A DNA stretch of 64,000 nt from Chrysomallon squamiferum (GCA_012295275.1 CM022669.1:13330001-13394000); one strand, 5' to 3'. Numbered from the stretch's first letter, positions 1 through 14,307 are shown. The notes: generated by a model from the letters alone, not told the origin. Made by a program: numbers and translations.

Positions 1-17
1 ATGTTCTTATTTTTCAG

Positions 18-3000
18 ATATTCTCAATTTCTTCAATTCAGAAGCTCTCAGGATGCCAGTGTTATCCTGCAGTGACATCTCACTTTGTACAGAACAGTGG
101 ACAGCTCGACTTCAGGATAACCCAGGTGACAGATTAAACGAAATTTCTCTTACTTGTATTTTTAATCATTTTCTTCTTCTTCTTCTTCTTCTTCTTATTA
201 TTATGTTATTTATTTATTTTATTTTTTATTATGTTATACTTCCATTTTAAAGTGAATTTATAATTTTCTAAACCAGAAAAAAAGTTAATTTCTGAGACAC
301 ATAACCACAAAAAATATTTTTCTTATAATGTTTGTGAACCAACACTTTCAGTGTATATATAATTATATTGCATATGTATGGTTCAGGAAACATAAATTTT
401 AAATTGAATCCTGAGAGAAAACTGAAATGAAAAGACAAAAATCCTGCAGATAATCTTATTATTGATTTGCTGCTGTTTTTAAATTTTTATTTTAATTTAT
501 AATTAAAAATAATGTACTGATTTTTAAAATAAAATATTCAGAATCGATACATGTCCGATCGCAAGGGATTTTTCCAGACACTGGCAGACAACCTGAAACA
601 AGAACTTGCTAAAAATAAGGAAATGAAGGTATTTAAATGCTTTTATATTATTTAAATTTTTTATCAAAAACACTGAATGACTATTAATTGTTTTACATTT
701 GTAGTCAGTAGAATGATAACTGTTGAAGTAATGTATGAGATCATTATCTGTAAAGTAAAATTTTCTTTTTCTTTAGATCTGAAATTAATTTAGTTTTAGT
801 CATCTTTTATAATTACCTATTGTATATAATTATATGTTGTTGTTATTTTGTTCTTTTTTTCTTTATAAAATGAAATGTATAATTTACCGTCTTACAACAG
901 AAAATATATTATGCATGGAATCATTTTATATATGATTTCTATTTTTAATTTATTTTCAAGGAAAGTTTACAGAAATTCAAAGAAGAAACAGAAAAATTAG
1001 AACAGACCGAAGCTATACAGAAAGCCCGGCAGAAGTTTGTATGTACAAATAGTTATTTCACTGACATTTATTTGTTATGAAGTTGTGTTTTAAGTGTACT
1101 TTTGTGAGCACTATAATGTATGAAAATAGCCTATGTATTTTTTATTTGCATTATATTAATGACTTCATTTGTTGTTACTGATTAGTCATTCATAGTACTA
1201 ATGAAGTAACAAAAATTATATTGAGTAAATTAATATACGGTTTTTGCTTTAGAATTAAAATCTAGTTTTCTGATATATTTTTTTTTTGTTGGAGGACATT
1301 AAATACGTTTCAAATATATTTAATGTTTGTTTACATTTCCTCTGAACAGTACATATCAGTTTGGTTTGTTACGCATGAAAATAATATTTTATTTATTTAA
1401 ACATTTGTCCAGTAATATATAGTTCAAGAAAACGTTTGGAAACAAAATTTACAAATGAATCAAATGCTGTTTGCTTGTTTTTTCAAAACATGTTCTTTTT
1501 GTAATAATTAAAAATTAATTTTCAGCAAAACATCGAAAGTGAATCCATAAGAAGCACTCAGATGTTGAAGAAGCAATTCGGAGAACTCAAAGAGAAAGTT
1601 TCAGAGGTAAGATTACTTGCTTGAATGATTTAAATTTTACAGCTCGGTAATTACTTTTTATTATCATTTTATTACAATTTGAGTTAATAATTAAAAAAAA
1701 CTAAAATCATATAGTATCTTTTGTTAATGTTATAGAATTTTTATTTAATTTTAAAACAGACACAAATTTTTGTCTTTTGTCTACATATTTAAAATGGACA
1801 TTATTAGGTGATTCTTTCCATTTTTGTTATAAAAATGTACAATAATATCATCAACATAATTAAAGGGCTTTATATATATATATTCCATATGATTGGAATC
1901 TTCAGAAATTCGTTTCATTCAGGAGAAAATTATGCTAATATCCTTAAAACCAGATTATTATTATTATTATGCTTTCATTCAGTAATCTATGGTACTTAAA
2001 AGTATCTAGCAGCACCTGTAATGCAGAATTATTTTTAAAATATTTGATTTAATTACCAGATAATTCTTGTTCTTAATCGACCAAAGCTGTCATGATCTTT
2101 TCAGACCTTTGAGGAAGTTCAGAAAACTGACTTTGCCAAACGTGTGAAGGAATCAACTGAAGAGCTGGGGAAGACGATGGGCGGAGCTGCTGAAACCTTC
2201 TCCAAACAGACACAGGGGCTGGGGCAGACGTCAGCTTTTCGCAGCATTTCGCAAGTATGTGAATCTGTTGATTTTTAAAAAAAATTATTCCTCTGTTGTT
2301 TTTTTTCTTTTTACATGCATGATAGGAATAGTTAATTTTATAGTTGACTGCAGGGAGGAAGATTATGCCCAATATTATTATTATTGTTATTGTTATTATT
2401 ATTTTAATATTTATTTTTGTTTGTTTTGAAGCATAACCAGATTCTTAATGTTAAAAATATCTTTAGTAAATACACAGTTGATATTTTCAATATTTAAACA
2501 TACAAATAAAAAAAATCAATTCACTTTCGTTTTGAGTACAAAAAATAATAATTTAAATACATAGGTTTTAATATTAACTGGAATTAAAAAATTAATAATA
2601 ATAGAACTGTCCTTTCAATTTTAATCATTTTTTTTGAAAGTAACATTATGATATATATATATATATATAGCTGGTGTTAGGATTTTAATTAAAATAATTT
2701 ATCTGTAAATTAAATTAGTTAATCTTCAGTGTTGTATATTAGGGTGTAAAAGCAGTGAAAGAAGAATTTGACGATGTCACTTTATCAAGAGCGAGGCATT
2801 ACAAACCACCAGGTCAGTAGTTTTAATCTTAATAAAAACAGTTATTTCTGTCAAAGTTATTACAAAAAAATATATATTTTGTTCTTAGATAATGTTAATG
2901 TTAATACTATGACTGCCGTCTGAAATACTCACAGAGAAGTAAAGCATTAATAATTTTTTGTTCATACACATTTCTCCATATTTTATTTAGTAATTCTTGC

Positions 3001-4085
3001 TTAGAATCAAAATGTGTGTCTTGCATAATATTATTAAAGAAGTTAAATATATCCCAGTCTTATGAGTATTGTTAATGATGTTTCAAGTAATCTTTATCTT
3101 ATAGCAAATATTTTTTATTATTTACAGAAATACTTCGCATGAGATCAGAATTGTCAGGGCAGAAGAAAGATGAAAGAGAATTTGAAGCAAATGAGTGAGT
3201 TTTTATTTAGTACTGTGGTGGTTGATGATTGAAATATTGCTTTAGCATCCATTATCCAATATTTTATGATCCAAAACCTTCTTCTTTTTTTTTTTGGAGC
3301 CGTCAAGATAAAAATGACCAATAGTTTTCTGATGCCTTATTCTAAAAACTTAATTTCATGCAGATTATTATTTACTAACGTACAAAATAATTGTGTATAT
3401 GAAATATAAATGAATTTTATATTTAGACTTGGATTCCGTTATCAAGCTGTCTTCTTATATTTTTCCATGGCTGTATATGTAAGAGAATTGTGAATATGAT
3501 GGTTAAATGTTAAAGTATATATATATATATGTTGCATGTTTGTATAACAGTTTGTCAAGGCCTCATAATATAATTATTAATAATTTTTTTTTTTTACAGG
3601 GATGACACAGGTGTTGTGTTGCACAAAGATTCCAGATGGTATCAGAGTTGGCAGAATTTTAAAGACAACAATGAATATGTAAACAGTAAGTATTTAATTG
3701 TTTTTATTTTATTTTGTTGTGCAGGCAAAGGTATCATTTTATCTTTTATTTATATTTCATATGAACTGTGTAGGATGTTTTGAACCAAAAAAAAAATATA
3801 TTTTTTCACTCTGCTTTTATAACAAAAGTAATTATTTTGTTCTGTTAAAAATTAAATAGTAATAAAGATTTTGATCTTTTTAAAATATATTTTTTCAGAA
3901 ATGTTTGATTTGAAGGCAAAATATGATGAAAGTGATCACCTTATGATTCGGGCAACAAGAGCTTTTACAGATAAAATTGGATATGTGTTTGGTAGGTAAT
4001 ATTATTCTTTCCTTTATTACATTCACCTAATGAGAATATTGCTTGTATGTTTATGTATGCATGTCATTTACTTTTCCCTGAGGTT

Positions 4086-4122
<37 letters not shown>

Positions 4123-6316
4123 TAGGAGGAATGTTTACAAAAACAGAAATGTCTGAGGTTTTGACAGAAATCTGTAAATCTGATCCTAACTTTGATAAAG
4201 AACACTTTATAAAAATGTGCGAGAGAGAAATAATTCCTAATATATTAGAGGTGAGTTACTGAAATTTCCAAACTTTCAGTTACTTAAATAGTGGAATATT
4301 TTACTGTTTTGATTATTATTAGACTTGATTATACATTTTGCAAACTACGTCGTCATTATTAATTCTGAATAAACACTAGTGAAAAACATCAAAAATGACT
4401 ACAGTTTTAAGTTATGCCAATTACAACCTACCTAAGATATTTTTGTAATGGCTGATAATACTACTCTAAATCACTAGTAAAAATATTTTTGATGTTTTTT
4501 TGCTGTGAAGAATTGCTTAATGATTTGAATATTGTAGATTTGTAATTAAAATTTTGTTTACGTGCATTCACATTGTCAGATGATATGTATTGTATATCAG
4601 GGTGTTTGGAGATAATGTAGCTGTTGGTGTTAGATAATTAATTGTCTGTATTTATTTTACTACAGGCAATGATCAGAGGCAACTTGGAAGTACTGAAAGA
4701 CTGGTGTCATGAGGCAGTATGTATTAAAATATGTTTTATTTGTACAAAATGATAATAAGGATAATTTTAATTACTCTACATTTTTTTGTAATTCAGTTTT
4801 TCGGTGACCCATCTTGTGTCAGCTTATAATACCTGCCAGATCATTTATTTTAAGAATATGATTTTATTATTGAAACATTGTTACTAATAAATGTTATTTT
4901 AAATTAAGTATCATGTTCACAGTTTCCATGATTCAGAAATAAGTAATGTACAAACTGTTCTCACTATAACTCAAAATCAAAAGAATTAAATGTAAAACTG
5001 TCTTTACAAAATTATAGTATATATATTGTTATTAGTATTATTATTATTATTATATATATATATTTTTTTTTTTTCAGGCATTCAATATACTGGCACAGCC
5101 AATAAAACAAATCAAGGCATCCAATTATCAATCAGTATCACAAGTGTTAGATGTGAACAATGTGGATGTAAGATTTAAAAAAAAATTAATTTCAATTTAT
5201 TTTTAGTTATGCTGATCAAAAACAAAATGGTTATGAAATCAGTGATACTAACATTTCAGTTTAGCTGTTATGAACAGTAGGTTAAATCAGTAACAGAATA
5301 CAAATTTATCTTTTAAATTTTTTTTTTATTGTTGTATAAAATGGCATTCATTTGTATACTTTAAGGAAGTGAATATGTTACTAACATTATTTGATCCATA
5401 TATCTTCAATTTATTGTAAGTAAAAGACATCTTTATCTATCTATGTATGGAAATACCTTTGTAATTTATTACAAATTTTGTTACGCTTCTGTAACAATTA
5501 AACTTTGGGCATGTTACTAAGCAAATTTCTGTTATTACAGGTGGTTGCTGGGAAAATAATGGAGCAAGGCCCAGTTCTTGTGATCAGTTTCACTGCTCAG
5601 CAAATAATGGCCATCAAAGATGCAAGTGGAAATATTGTTGAAGGAAACCCTGTAAGTATGGGTATTCTGTAAGCTGAGTGATTTTAAACTTTGTTCAGCT
5701 GAAACAGAATTCTTTAGAAACAGAACATTCCAAAATAGTACTGCGCTTTTTGTTGAGAAACTTCAAAAGCAGTCATGTGTCTTAAATGTCACATACGTTG
5801 ATAGATTATTTGAGCATCAGAGAATTGAGGATTCAGTTTTTTAATTTATCATATTTTCTTGATTTAAAATTACGAAGGATTTTTTATCATTTGTGATCTG
5901 TTGTTTCATCTTACTACATAAGCATAATCATTTTATTTTTGTTGTATAAGCTCATGAAAATCTGGTTATATTTCACTCAGTCCGTTGCTTGACTTATGAA
6001 GCTTTTTTTTCATTTGTAATCTGTATTGTTTCATCCATAAGTATTCCATAATTATTTTACTTTTGGAAATTGATGAAAATCTCATTTATTATTCAATTTC
6101 ACCATAATTGCTTGACAGATAATTATGAAACATTTGAGTTCTATGTAATTGGAATTGATTCATTCATAAATTCCAACAGTCATTTTACTTTTGCAGGACA
6201 AGATCATGAAAATTATCTATGTATGGGCTTTGTGTAGGGACCAGGAGGAACTGAACCCAAGGGCTGCATGGAAACTGATGGACATTTCAGCCAGTTCGTC
6301 AGAACAGTGGTTATAA
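18..6316 (+). CDS. TIMM44: Mitochondrial import inner membrane translocase subunit TIM44 (5'-partial, 14 exons in window)
   Basis: GT-AG exons read in frame: 18-125, 542-628, 961-1038, 1526-1606, 2105-2254, 2743-2812, 3128-3194, 3600-3685, 3899-3991, 4126-4250, 4666-4716, 5078-5167, 5541-5651, 6197-6316 (TAA). Peptides RKGFFQTLADNLKQELAKNKEMK, GVVLHKDSRWYQSW, TKTEMSEVLTEI, LKDWCHEA, GKIMEQGPVLVISF and YVWALCRDQEELNPRAAWKLMDIS match TIM44 as I recall it. The first coding exon lies upstream of the window. Confidence 0.96.
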
Positions 6317-7798
6317 TGTCTGAAAAAAGATGGCAGTGGAATAAAAAAAACCAAACTATTCATCTGTTTTACACATCACAGTTGTCAGACATTTTTCAGA
6401 GGAAAGATGACGACACACAAAACCATTTGTTTCTGTTGATAAAAAGAAAAGAAAGAAAGAAGAAAAAAATAATGTTATCGTCTTCCCATTACTGGCAGGA
6501 TCTGTTCGTCCAGTTCTGAGGATTCAATATTAAACAGAATAATCTAAACTGTGATACACAATCTACATAATGATAAATTTATTAAGTGCCTGTTTTGGGG
6601 GACTTTTTTTAAAATTATTATTATCATGCTTTTTCGTACATATTATGCATGACAAATATATATTAACAGGCTTATAGAGAAAAAGAAAATTAAAACCAAT
6701 TATCGTGATTTATATGAATCAGTCTTATAGTACCAAATCATGTTACAGTAGACATCCAGTCATAGATACACATGTTCAGAATTCCTGGTCATTTTGGAAG
6801 TAATATCATTTAAGAACAATGGAATATCATTGATATTAAGGACATACTGGATCCACATTAACATAAGACGGATCTGATACAAGTTGACCAGTGACAGTTG
6901 CAATGGAAGACAGTCCATCAATGAAGGAAAAATTTCTGATCGAGGATGCACAAATTTCTAATACAAATGTATTTATTTAGCAAACATAGTTTTATGCAAC
7001 ATGTTTGTTTAAATAACAGATTTTAAATATTGCTACTAAAAGTCATGTGTTCAGCAAATTGCCAATTTCAAATTAACAGTGATTGATAGAGGAATGTTTG
7101 AGACATTGTTATATCATCACAATCCATCAGATAAATAAAACTTAACAAAATAATACCATGTTTGTCCTTTATCAAACTCCATAAATGTCCTAAATATCAA
7201 AAACAATTTACAGTTTCGTTTTTATTTATTATTAGTGTTATTTTGATAAGGATGTAAATAAATGTTTCAATTCTTACGATAACTAAAATACATGGAGTGT
7301 CCAAATAATTTTTTTTTATTTATGTTACTTGGTTGTGATAAATAAAGCTGGGGTGGTATGGAGTCCTGTTTATTATTACACATTTAGATCTTTTACATGA
7401 TGACCTAAACATTTCACTTCTGGAACATTAATTGTTTTAAACAAAATACTTGTCAGAATATTTCATTCAGTAACTAAAATCATGGAAAGTTATCAACAAA
7501 TTAAATAAAAGCAGGTTACAGCTAAATTCATGGCAAACACAACATGGAATACTACTGTTCTGTGGGTTGCTCTCTGCAATTAATACTGAGAAAGTTTAAA
7601 TCCATTTTCTCACAGCAAGGAAAGCATCTTAAAAATATCATGATGAGAATGCAACAGAATATTTTGCTAAATTTAAAACTACCCTCTTTAATGACAAACT
7701 AATCCCATTTTAGTAGTTATAAAGCCTAACTAGGAATGAACAAACAAACAAATAGAAACGTCTTCGGTTTTAATTTCTTTGTATTTAATTTATTATCA

Positions 7799-9826
7799 CT
7801 ACAACTGTTGGACAAGTGTGCTAGCCGTCTCACAGACGCAGAGTTTATCACTACCATTTTGCAAAGTAGAATTTTGTCCTGTGTCGCCGTTTTCATTGTT
7901 TCCTTCACAGTGTGTTATAACATCCTTTTTCACAACACTATTCACATTTGATGACTTAGCTGAACAGTTCTGTTCACTATCTGAGTCACTGTTGTCATGG
8001 TGATCTGATTCTGCAGCACTGTCGTCAGAATATTCATCTCCTCTACTCCCAAGATCACAAAGTTTACCCTGAGCTTGTAGACGGAAGAAAGTTCCTACAA
8101 ACAACAAAATTTAAATAATTGTTACGAAACCTTTTTTTTATTATTATAATAATTTTTTATAGAAATGTGTGTGTAACTGTTTCTTAGTGAATTAAAATGC
8201 AAACTAATTATACGAGATACAAACATACATTTTTTGTTAATATAAATACATAGGTAAACAAAATGTTTTCATTAATGATTCCTAACATACTGGTTTATTT
8301 CGCAATTTGCTACCTCTCCTTAAGCATACTCTTAGTTTAGCAGCATATACTGATATAGTATTCATATCTGTCTTCCCACTAACAGAAGCTCATATCATAG
8401 TCTTTATCAGCAAATGGCTCAAATGATCGACAACGAAGTCTATCACCATTCAGTCCTGCATTCTTAATTATAAAGTCAACAAAATATATATAAATTAAAA
8501 TTACTCACTTCTTTTCCTCTCTGGTAACATTTCAAGTTCTTTTTTCAACTGACTGTCCTGAATTGCTTGTTCAGCTGGTGAAAGAGTAGACCTGAAATAA
8601 ACAACAAAAGTATTCAAAAGATAATTACTGCAATAAATGTAATCAATTTGTATTTCATAAATTTGATGTTTAACCCTTTTAAACGCTGTTTTCACATTAA
8701 TGTTTGGTACATTTTAGTGAAAAAAAGAAAAAAAAGAAGAATGCCTTGGATAATACAATGTGATAACTGGTAAATTATTTCGATTTTTTTTTTAATTGAT
8801 AACTAACTGTTATGTAACATACCAACAATCCTGCTCGCGATTATAATAGTCTAATTTGGAAATGGGATCTGAAATAGTTTGGTTTGGGAAGTCTATTCTC
8901 TATTTTCAATCATTTTTTAAAAACATTTAAAACAATTTTTGCCATGGTTATTTTTCTTCATCAGGAGAATGGTTAAACTGATGAAATTAATTAATAATCG
9001 TCTTGCTGTTGTTCAGTTTCTTTCACTAGCAACCGCCCCTAAAAGATACATACGTAGAGACTATTTCTTTCTTTTCACCACATTTGGCACAGACATTACG
9101 AGCTGAGGCACAAGACGAACACAATGTGTAATAGGCTTGTTTGATAGATCTCTCAGAACAGCTGACACTGGAAAACAGAAATTACTAGTATTAAAAATCA
9201 GAAAAATTACCACTTTTATTGATAAAATAATGCCTTGCAGTAATGATTCATCCAGATATTTGCAGAAGTAGACAATGAATGTGTATATATATATATATAT
9301 ATAAAGTGCAAGAAACAAGATTTAAAACTGTCTTATTTTCTAATACACCAACTCTTATTTCTGGTTGCATACTTAATTATTTCAACACAGTATTTTATTT
9401 ATTCATGCATAGTATAACTGTAAACTTTTAACTGTTACTGTTAACAAAACTAAACTGTTTATCTGTAATGTAATAAACAAGAGTCAATCCTAGACTTCAC
9501 AAAAGTAGGGGGAATAACAGAATTATGATAAACTTTACTTTCATATAAAAACAAAATTTAAGAAACATATGCCTCCGTTGATCTCATGGTTGCTGGTTTT
9601 TTTGTAAAAATTATTACCATTTTCTTGGTACAGTCAGTGGCTTGTATTTGCGGTATTTTATTTTCCACTCAATTTTTTCTTTGCATCTCTGACAAATTCC
9701 CCCAAGATTGAGACTTTTGATGGTCTGCATCTTCTTGCTCTTGTCATGGAGGTCGTTTTTGAAAGCTCTCACATTCTGGTGTTTTGGAGCACCAGTTTTC
9801 TTAACATTACCTTTTTGTGAACTCAT
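7799..9826 (-). CDS. C9orf85: C9orf85-like (DUF2039-type) Cys-rich protein, ~233 aa, with acidic low-complexity C-terminus
   Basis: Minus-strand exons 9826-9618, 9167-9054, 8591-8509 and 8094-7799 join in frame (702 nt). N-terminus MSSQKGNVKKTGAPKHQN..AFKNDLHD, CQRCKEKIEWKIKYRKYKPL and CxxC pairs (CVSC, CSSC, CAKC) are typical of C9orf85 homologs. An acceptor just 5' of the ATG implies a non-coding first exon. Confidence 0.88.
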
Positions 9827-10973
9827 TGTAAACTGGAAAAAAATAAAATTAAAAAAATCAATAAACAAACAAAATAATAATAAGAATAAATAAATAATAA
9901 TAAAAAAAATCAAACAAATAAATATATAAAAAATAAAAATGAAAAAAATAAAATAAAATAATTTTATATAGATTAAACAGCTAACTATACGATGGGAGAA
10001 TTAGATATAATTATCAGTGGTTATTGATATTATAATTTTGTTTATCAAGTGATAACTATATAATCTTGCCATACAACAAGGGTTTATTCTCTGTGCAGAT
10101 GTTTTTAACTAACAATAAAACAAAACAAAAAGGGATAAAATAAAACTAAATAATAAATATTTAAAATAAATAAATGTATTCCTGAGAAAATAATTCTTTC
10201 CCCTTACCTCAGTAAAGAAGAAAAGAATATCTTTAAAATTTTGATTTAGACTGCATAATTTAAAACCTTAATGAAACTATTTTGCCAATGGCAATGCCAA
10301 CAATAACTAAATATTTTGATGTATGAAAAAAAAAAAAAAAAAAAAAAAAAAATTTAAATGTCACCAGAAGAAAATACAGGACTATTTAACTTTTAAGATA
10401 ATTAAATCATAAATGTGCATTATCATGATCTTTTTGATTTTGAACACTGATAAACTAGTCATTATTCAATTACTTCAATATCTGTTTTTCACTAAAGTTA
10501 TTGTGAGGTGGGGTTTGTGTTAATTTTTAACTTTTCTAACTGATTTAATTTTAATATATATTAATATTTATATAATAATAATATTTATTCATTTTATATT
10601 TTAATTATTTGTCACTTTCAAGTAAAGGAGCTGAATCACTGAAATGTTCAAACTAATATAATTAATCATCATCAACCTCTCTAAAACATAACAATCATGA
10701 ATCACTCATTCACAGTGTCGATGAAAGCTGAAATAGATTCGAACTATCTCACACTTTCTCATGATTCTGTCATTTCTCTCTCAGTCGGCAGTCGACAGAG
10801 TCGTTGATAATTTGGGAATATAAGTTCTTAATTTCATTATTATAATTATTTAATAGTCCAAATGAATTTACCTTTCAGAATATGTATATGAAATAAATAT
10901 AATTAATATCGTTCACCCAGATACTACAAATTAAGATACATCACGAACATGTGGCGAAACAAATGAATTACGT

Positions 10974-11693
10974 ACTCACAAAAGTCTTTACTGGCTTAGG
11001 ACCAAAACACATAAATCGATGATGTCACAAATTGAAACCGGAAACTCATAAATGACTATTTTTACGGAATCGAGTAAAATGTATATTTTAGTTCAGCACT
11101 GTGTGCGGATACACAGAAACGCATACGCATATTTAAAATAAGTAATATCTAAACAAAAACAGACATTCCATTGTTATTGACAAGCTAATAATATTTACTT
11201 TCGAAAATGTTCGAAGTTCATAATAATTTTAATAAAATCCTGGTAGTTGCTGGGGAGGGGGGACATTTTTTTTTACAAAAAGAACATGGCCTTTCATAAC
11301 TCTTTTTGATATTACTGATCAAATATCAGCACTTGTTTTCAGAAAATAGATTATATTCATATGCGGGTGACCAACATGCAAATGCTCATTATAGTTCTGA
11401 ATCTGATCATTTTGGAAAACTATGTTAGATTTACAATTTATATATATTTCACACATTTTTTAATTATTATAATTATTTGTCTTACCTTATGTCATGTATA
11501 AACTTTACTGACGAAAACCATTACATATCATAACTGAGTGTGAATATAATAGCTTTAACATATATATTCAATTTTTATCTTACACCCGAATATACGATGG
11601 ATGTCTGATATCATGTTTTATTATCTGCCAATATCGTCTGTGCATGTATTATAAAACCCATTTAAATATAAATAATATTTTCAGACAAAAGTA

Positions 11694-11734
<41 letters not shown>

Positions 11735-11785
11735 AAATCAACAAACAACAACATAATAATAATAGTAGTAGTAGTAGTAGTAGTA

Positions 11786-11839
<54 letters not shown>

Positions 11840-12145
11840 TAACTCTAAAGTATAAATGTTATGAATCGAAACTGCATAATTATATTGATCTTCTTTTTGT
11901 TATATACACTGGATGACATTGCATGAAAAATAGTTCTCACAAATTGTTATCCGGCGTACGTACAAATAGCTAATGATCAACTCTTTCGAGATTTAAGAAT
12001 CAGAAAATTAAAATTATTTTTAACTTAGATAACTAAATTATAAACAAATATTATCATAAAATCTTTTTGCTTGAGCCATATACATTTTTATTTTATTTAA
12101 TTTCTGAGTAAATATCGGAAGTTATATTTCGTACATGACGTCATG
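10974..12145. promoter_or_regulatory. Divergent promoter region between C9orf85-like (-) and ABHD17 (+)
   Basis: Minus-strand donor GTGAGT at 10974-10979 (candidate end of the non-coding exon 1). ETS-like CCGGAA at 11038-11043 and CGGAAGT at 12116-12122. Perfect CRE TGACGTCA at 12136-12143. CpGs are locally enriched relative to the flanking gene bodies. Confidence 0.55.
11755..11840. repeat. (TAG)n/(TAA)n trinucleotide microsatellite
   Basis: Directly visible run following a poly-A tract. Confidence 0.9.
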
Positions 12146-12309
12146 ACATGGTGAATGTTGTTGGGAGAGCAAACAATATTGCTATCAATTTTGTGCTAGA
12201 AATCACTAGTTAATGACATTACGAATGGTTTCGTCAATAAGATCACTATAACAGATTATTGGAGTATTTATATATTCCTTTGTAAGTCGAATAATTTGTT
12301 AAATCGGCC

Positions 12310-14307
12310 ATGAATGGACTATCGCTGAGCGAGCTTTGTTGTCTGTTTTGTTGTCCGCCATGTCCATCTCGAATTGCTGCGAAACTGGCATTTCTTCCAC
12401 CAGAGCCAACTTATTCTCTGGTGTCAGACGAAACTGGTTCAAGATATAGTTTACATCTGACAGACCGAGCAGAATGGCAGTATTCTCAGAGAGAATTGGA
12501 TTGCATTGAAGTATTCATGACCAGAACATCAAAAGGAAACAGAATAGCTTGTATGTTCTGCCGATGTTCTCCAACTGCTCGATTTACAATCCTGTTTTGT
12601 CATGGCAATGCTGTGGACTTAGGTCAGATGAGCAGTTTCTATATTGGACTTGGTTCTCGAATCAACTGCAATATATTTAGCTTTGATTATTCAGGTTATG
12701 GCGCTAGTTCGGGTAGGCCTGCTGAGAAGAATCTTTATGCGGATGTGGATGCAGCATGGCAGGCACTTCGAACACGCTACGGTATCAATCCACAGAATAT
12801 AATTCTTTATGGACAGAGTATAGGAACTGTGCCAACTATAGATTTGGCCTCGCGCTATGAAGTTGGAGCAGTGGTTCTCCATTCACCATTGATGTCTGGA
12901 ATGAGGGTCGCTTTTCCTGATACAAAAAGAACCTGGTTCTTTGATGCCTTTCCAAGGTTTGTATGATATATAATTTATTATATATATTTTTTTATATTTA
13001 TTATGGAATAATAATCATAAGAACATATTTTAATCATTACTTTAATTGCCAAAAATATAGCACAACTGGTGTTGTGTCATATGATCATGTGGATGCAATA
13101 ATTACCAAGGTGCCATTCATCATTTATCACTTGGGAAATTTATTTTAAAGACAAAGTAATAAATGGTTAATTTTTTTATGGTAATAAGTGAACATTATGT
13201 TACTCGGTACTTGCAGGTGGTCAGATGCAGTGAAAATTTGAATTAGTGAGAACATAATTCTAATAAGATAAAACAGATTGGCATGTTTATCAAAATATTT
13301 TTTTCAAGAAACATACCCAAACTGTCGAGTTTCCTTGTTCAGCTTTATAAATTATGTTTTTTATGTTAACCTTAATTATCAGTCTTGTCTACAAATCTTT
13401 TTGGCTGATTGTATTGTTACTTTAAGATAATTGCATCTGCCATAATGTTTAACTATATATACTACAGTATACTAACTATATATAATGTGCATTATTTCAG
13501 TCTTGGTCACATTACCATAGCAGTTGTTTAAAGAAAATGTTTTTTGAGAAAGCATACCAAGTGTATGCATTTTACCAATTAACTTCTAATGGAAACTAAA
13601 TAATTATTTCCTCAAAACTCAAATGGATTACTATTAATGTATTATATATATATATATATTTTTGCTTAATTATTGCTGTTATTTTACTTAGTACCTTATT
13701 CCATTCATCAGTTACATACATTAATTAATTTAATTTTTTTTAAAGTATTACACCCTTATGATCTACTCCATTCCCTGAGAATTAATTATTAAATAATTAC
13801 CTGTCAGCCAGTTTAAAAAATTTTTTTTAGTTACCTTGAATTGCTAGTCTTTGTGTCATTTTACATAGATTTGTGTAGAAGTTATTTTGTTGGTACATGG
13901 TTTTAATTGTTTAAAAAAAGGTTTATTTTAGATTACATAGAATATTTTATATGTAATACATGTATTTAAATATGACTAAATACTAATAAATGAACACTTG
14001 TCCTTTTCAAATTTGAATCCAGTATTCTTTAATAACATTTTTTTTAAAAATAATAATGGTTAATGTTTATCTTTGTTAATTTTCTAGTATTGACAAGGTT
14101 CCAAAGATAACGTCGCCTGTACTTGTCATTCATGGAACAGAAGATGAAGTCATCGACTTCTCCCATGGCTTGGCAATTCACGAACGCTGTCCCCGTGCTG
14201 TAGAGCCACTGTGGGTGGAAGGTGCTGGCCACAATGATGTCGAACTTTACAGTCAGTACCTTGAGAGATTGAAAACTTTCATCAGCATCGAGTTAGCCAG
14301 CAATTGA
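12310..14307 (+). CDS. ABHD17: Alpha/beta hydrolase domain-containing protein 17 (protein depalmitoylase), 288 aa
   Basis: Exons 12310-12956 and 14088-14307 (867 nt, TGA at 14305-14307). N-terminal palmitoylated Cys cluster [20 protein letters not shown], nucleophile [16 protein letters not shown] (catalytic Asp) and GAGHNDVE (catalytic His). Ends FISIELASN*, about where vertebrate ABHD17 proteins end. Confidence 0.97.

Noticed and set aside
53-250. 65-aa ORF at the window start
   Set aside because: Out-of-frame overlap with TIMM44 exon 18-125 that runs into intronic (CTT)n sequence.
8957-8986. TTCATCAG/CTGATGAA hairpin in a C9orf85-like intron as a snoRNA or miRNA
   Set aside because: Only an 8-bp stem, with no properly arranged C/D or H/ACA boxes.
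14305-14307. UGA in ABHD17 as a selenocysteine codon
   Set aside because: It sits at the family's normal C-terminus rather than a Cys-aligned catalytic position, and I saw no convincing SECIS. The CUAG context favours ordinary readthrough. A SECISearch run would settle it.
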